Shown here: positions 60,954 through 64,000 of the stretch, piece by piece | Layout of the letters: each line of letters starts with the position of its first letter | Position numbering within the stretch: the first letter of the stretch is position 1 | DNA from: Nitrospirales bacterium | Lineage (GTDB): Bacteria; Nitrospirota; Nitrospiria; Nitrospirales; UBA8639 | Direction of reading: 5' to 3' | NCBI GenBank assembly: GCA_965203295.1 | Contig: CBDBCZ010000011.1 | Location: forward strand, 641,429 to 705,428 | DNA length: 64,000 nucleotides | Notes under the pieces: generated by a model | Seen by the model: the letters and a program-made list of their open reading frames with translations, nothing else | Told to the model about the DNA's origin: nothing | The model's database searches: none | Translations under genes and position numbers: made by a program

Positions 60954-61518
60954 CGCGTAAGTTCTCAGCAGCCATACATGGTGGGCAAGAACGGGCATAA
61001 ACGGAACGTGACACGGACATATTGCAGGAGCACGTGATCTGTGACGACACACGAAACTCTTATATTATGACGTAAGCCCGCGGACGTCAGCATCACGTGG
61101 TAAGAGGCAACTAGTCACATGAACTAGCTTCAAGTTATCCGCCGAGTCACTTCCGGTACTATCTCATCCGCCGAGCGGCGACTTTGGCTGTCCCGGCCCC
61201 CCGAGTTTATTTTACGGACCTCGAAGTGCGCGATATTAGGAAAGTATCAACAGCTAGGAAACTTACGGATGCTGTTCGACTTCATCTTTCAAGGAGCAAG
61301 CGATGGTTTGATTAATGTATTGCCGGGCTGTGGGAGTAGTGTAGGCTGAGATGATACAATTTGAGCGTGCTATAAAGTGAGTCTGGCTCCAGCATGCTGC
61401 TACATGGATTGGAATCTGCTGTTCCAGGCTGTGTTAGAGGGTAACTCCAGAGGGCTACTGAGAATTGGGTGCACATGTAAAATGAATAACTCACCTATTC
61501 CTAGGCCTGCCTCGAACA

Positions 61519-61651
61519 TAGTCTCGTGAACCAGCCCATTTGTTTCTGCAGCACCGATCGCTTTCAGTATCGACACGCGGAAAAGTTTTCCACATGCTGA
61601 TACTGAAAGCGATCGGTGCTGGGGAAACAAGTGGGCTGGTTCACGAAACTA
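61519..61651. mobile_element. Fold-back MITE with perfect 9-bp TSD (Mutator-like)
   Basis: cctcgaaca|tagtctcgtgaaccagccc...gggctggttcacgaaacta|cctcgaaca, with long imperfect inverted arms. Confidence 0.85.
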
Positions 61652-62305
61652 CCTCGAACATGCAGTGGTTGCACCTTTTTTAATAGTCATTGTTTAGAAC
61701 AGTGCTTGCCCAGACAACCGGTAATACGACTCCCGATACTATAACACTGTATTAGTATACTCGTTTCACATGCAGATTACGTCAGCAAAACAGTCTTGTT
61801 TGTGCAGATTATGACATGCACAAAAAAGAAACAGCAATAATTAGTATTTTATTTTCGTTTTCTTCTGCAGATGAGCGATGTATTATGCTGAAGCTGAAAT
61901 GCAATATCTCAAGCAACTATTTGCCAACATTCTGAGCACTAAGGCTTATATTCAAGCTGCAAGGAGTGTTGACAGGTGGATGCTTGTTTATTGCTACTGC
62001 TATATGCACTGCCAGAAAATAAGAACACAAGTACACCTGTATTTTTCGTAACTTGGACTGCAGGACTTCATTCTCACTGGCATTTTCAACTTATGGAACC
62101 ACAGAGTCAAATTGAGGAACCACAGGTTTTGCATATGGCATTACAGATTAATTTGATGACATATATTTCCTTCAAGTGCAATGAGTATTGTTATAGTATT
62201 AACACCAACTGCTTCTATAGCTATATTATACTGCATGTGTTACAACGAGTTAAGTGAGAAGTTTTGGGCTGTATCCAAGTTATTACTAGCACAATATTGA
62301 TACAG

Positions 62306-62752
62306 GTTGTGGATGTTGCTAGAAGAAACATTGGCTATTTGGACTCTTCCTTACATGCAATGAACACACGATGGGCTGAGGAGATCAAGTGAGATACCCA
62401 AATTTGTGCAGCATGTTTTTGATTTTACATTACATTACGTAAACCTCTGTAGAGCCTGGCTTATTCAGCGAGAGACCACTGAACAACAGGCTGTCAAACG
62501 TCCTGAAAGGACTATTACCACAGCAGAGGTACCTCGTAAGTAGTGCTCACTCTATATAACATTCCTGAATCTCTACAACGCAGGACCTCCCAGGCCAAAC
62601 GAATGGACATGACTGTGGGCCATTTTCTTGCATGGTATGGTGTCTTGCCACTTTGATGCTAGTGCAATGAACTATTATTCATATTGTAATCCCCATTCCT
62701 CTGTCAGTACGCCCTTCACAAGATGTTTGCAGCAAGCTACACATTTCAACAG
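62306..62752 (+). pseudogene. Spliced Ulp1/SENP-like (C48) protease relic, probably transposon-borne
   Basis: Four phase-compatible GT-AG exons (62306-62388, 62453-62528, 62584-62634, 62708-62752) give VVDVARRNIGYLDSSL...DLPGQTNGHDCGPFSCMYALH...FQQ. This contains the D..I.Y.DS and QxNGxDCG motifs. No exon carrying the catalytic His-Trp was found. Confidence 0.72.
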
Positions 62753-62973
62753 GTATGCATCGAAGTTAGCACAGTAGTTTTCTTAGGGGTGTTAACAATT
62801 TTTTCTCGTAACTTTTAGTCTATATGGTGCTATTGTAGCACTAAGCTCAGTCTTCCCTTCGCTAGGCCCTAGTCTCAGTCAGTAACCCCCTCCCCTCCTT
62901 TTTAGAATCACAACTCAGAAAGTTTAAAATATCATCATAGCTGCGAAATTTAAGCGCTATACGGTAATATGTA

Positions 62974-64000
62974 TATGCAGACCACAAATGATCGTCCCTT
63001 TTGGGTGTATGTGTAAAGTAGACGAGTATCAATACTTCATGAAAGAGACCTCCTTAATATGGGGGACCCTCTCACCACCAACCTTTGTTGAAACATCAGT
63101 AAGCTTCATTTTGGGTTCACTTTTTATGAGTGATTCTACTACATGTTTGTGATGTAGCTAGTGATGAAATTAAATGTTCTGTGCTGAACTTAGACCTCCC
63201 CTCTCTCTCTCTCTTTCTGTTCCAACATGTTGCTCTTGTGGTTTAGTGATTTTTAGTTTGCGACCATTAGTGTGCCCTCCATGTAGTGCTAGCCTAAACA
63301 ATCTGCTGTGGTTCCTATTGATGCACACCAGCTACTGCTTCTGTATTTAAGCCTCCAAGCAAAGTTTCGTGTACCAAAATCAGCTTTGCCAGTGCCTCTT
63401 AATTTTAATTTTGGACTTGCAACTGAGATACCCTACATGTAGCTGGGTAAAACCAACCCTTTTGTTTTTGCAGTGACGTAGTGCACTTCTTAGTCTGCCC
63501 ACAAGTAAAGTTTACATATCAATAGCCCAATACTTTTGCAGAAAAGTCCCGCTTAACTTAATGAAACCACATTTATATATAGAGTGAGAGCTATTGTGTA
63601 GTAGTTCATTAAAGTTGGAAGGGAATTAGTTAGCTCTTATGTGACTCCATGCTGGCTCTTAGTGTCTTTTGTTTACTGTTCTTCATCTGTCAAGTTGCAA
63701 CGCAGTCTAATGATGCTGGAATTGGAGAATACGGGATTAGCACTCTTGTGCATCCAGTAAATCTTACCTGCCCTGGCCTGTGGAGTATTTTTGAGAACAC
63801 CAATGGCAGTTCAAAGTGTATCTGTGGTAGTGACTTAAACCGTGTGGTGCACTGTGATAAGGAGACTTTGCAGGTGAAGTTGCTTCCATGTTTCTGTATG
63901 ACACAATATGCAAAGAATCCGAACATTACTGTTGTTGGTGCTTGCATGTATAAATGTCAGCGTCCAGGTCACCATCACTATAATACAGTTCCGAGTAATG
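62974..64000 (+). repeat. Recent segmental duplicate of 51974-53443 (exon 7 relic, upstream region and start of membrane gene) with an internal deletion of about 445 bp
   Basis: Near-identical sequence begins tatgcagaccacaaatgatcgtccc in both copies. About 52402-52847 is missing from this copy. Confidence 0.92.
63649..64000 (+). CDS. Family copy G, 5' part (runs off window end)
   Basis: ATG 63649, MLALSVFCLLFFICQVATQSNDAGIGEYG..., nearly identical to copy E and open to the window end. Confidence 0.82.
   Translation, partial: MLALSVFCLLFFICQVATQSNDAGIGEYGISTLVHPVNLTCPGLWSIFENTNGSSKCICGSDLNRVVHCDKETLQVKLLPCFCMTQYAKNPNITVVGACMYKCQRPGHHHYNTVPSN

Overview
Eukaryotic genomic DNA from an intron-rich animal. 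A sponge-like basal metazoan is my inference from repeat style and gene-family content, not a demonstrated fact. Two spliceosomal genes sit head-to-head about 1 kb apart: CRNKL1/crooked neck (minus strand, 3 coding exons, 10261-13505) and U2SURP/SR140 (plus strand, about 26 coding exons, 14550-48864). The most unusual content is a cluster of intronless ~600-aa genes encoding a signal peptide, a Cys-rich ectodomain and a multi-pass membrane region. There are 5 long ORFs, 1 window-truncated copy, 1 pseudogene and 1 fragment. Four copies are nested in a 16.2-kb U2SURP intron that splits the RRM. The downstream copies carry decayed U2SURP exons 6-8 with them. The paralogues show hypervariable loops, an inverted duplication that created a chimeric gene, and start-codon or stop-codon decay, which together suggest a birth-and-death receptor-like family. 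Many splice acceptors in both host genes have sense-strand (CA)n tracts instead of a polypyrimidine tract. The window also holds a decayed Ty3/Gypsy pol fragment, a spliced Ulp1-like protease relic, many MITEs (some nested) and mini/microsatellites.
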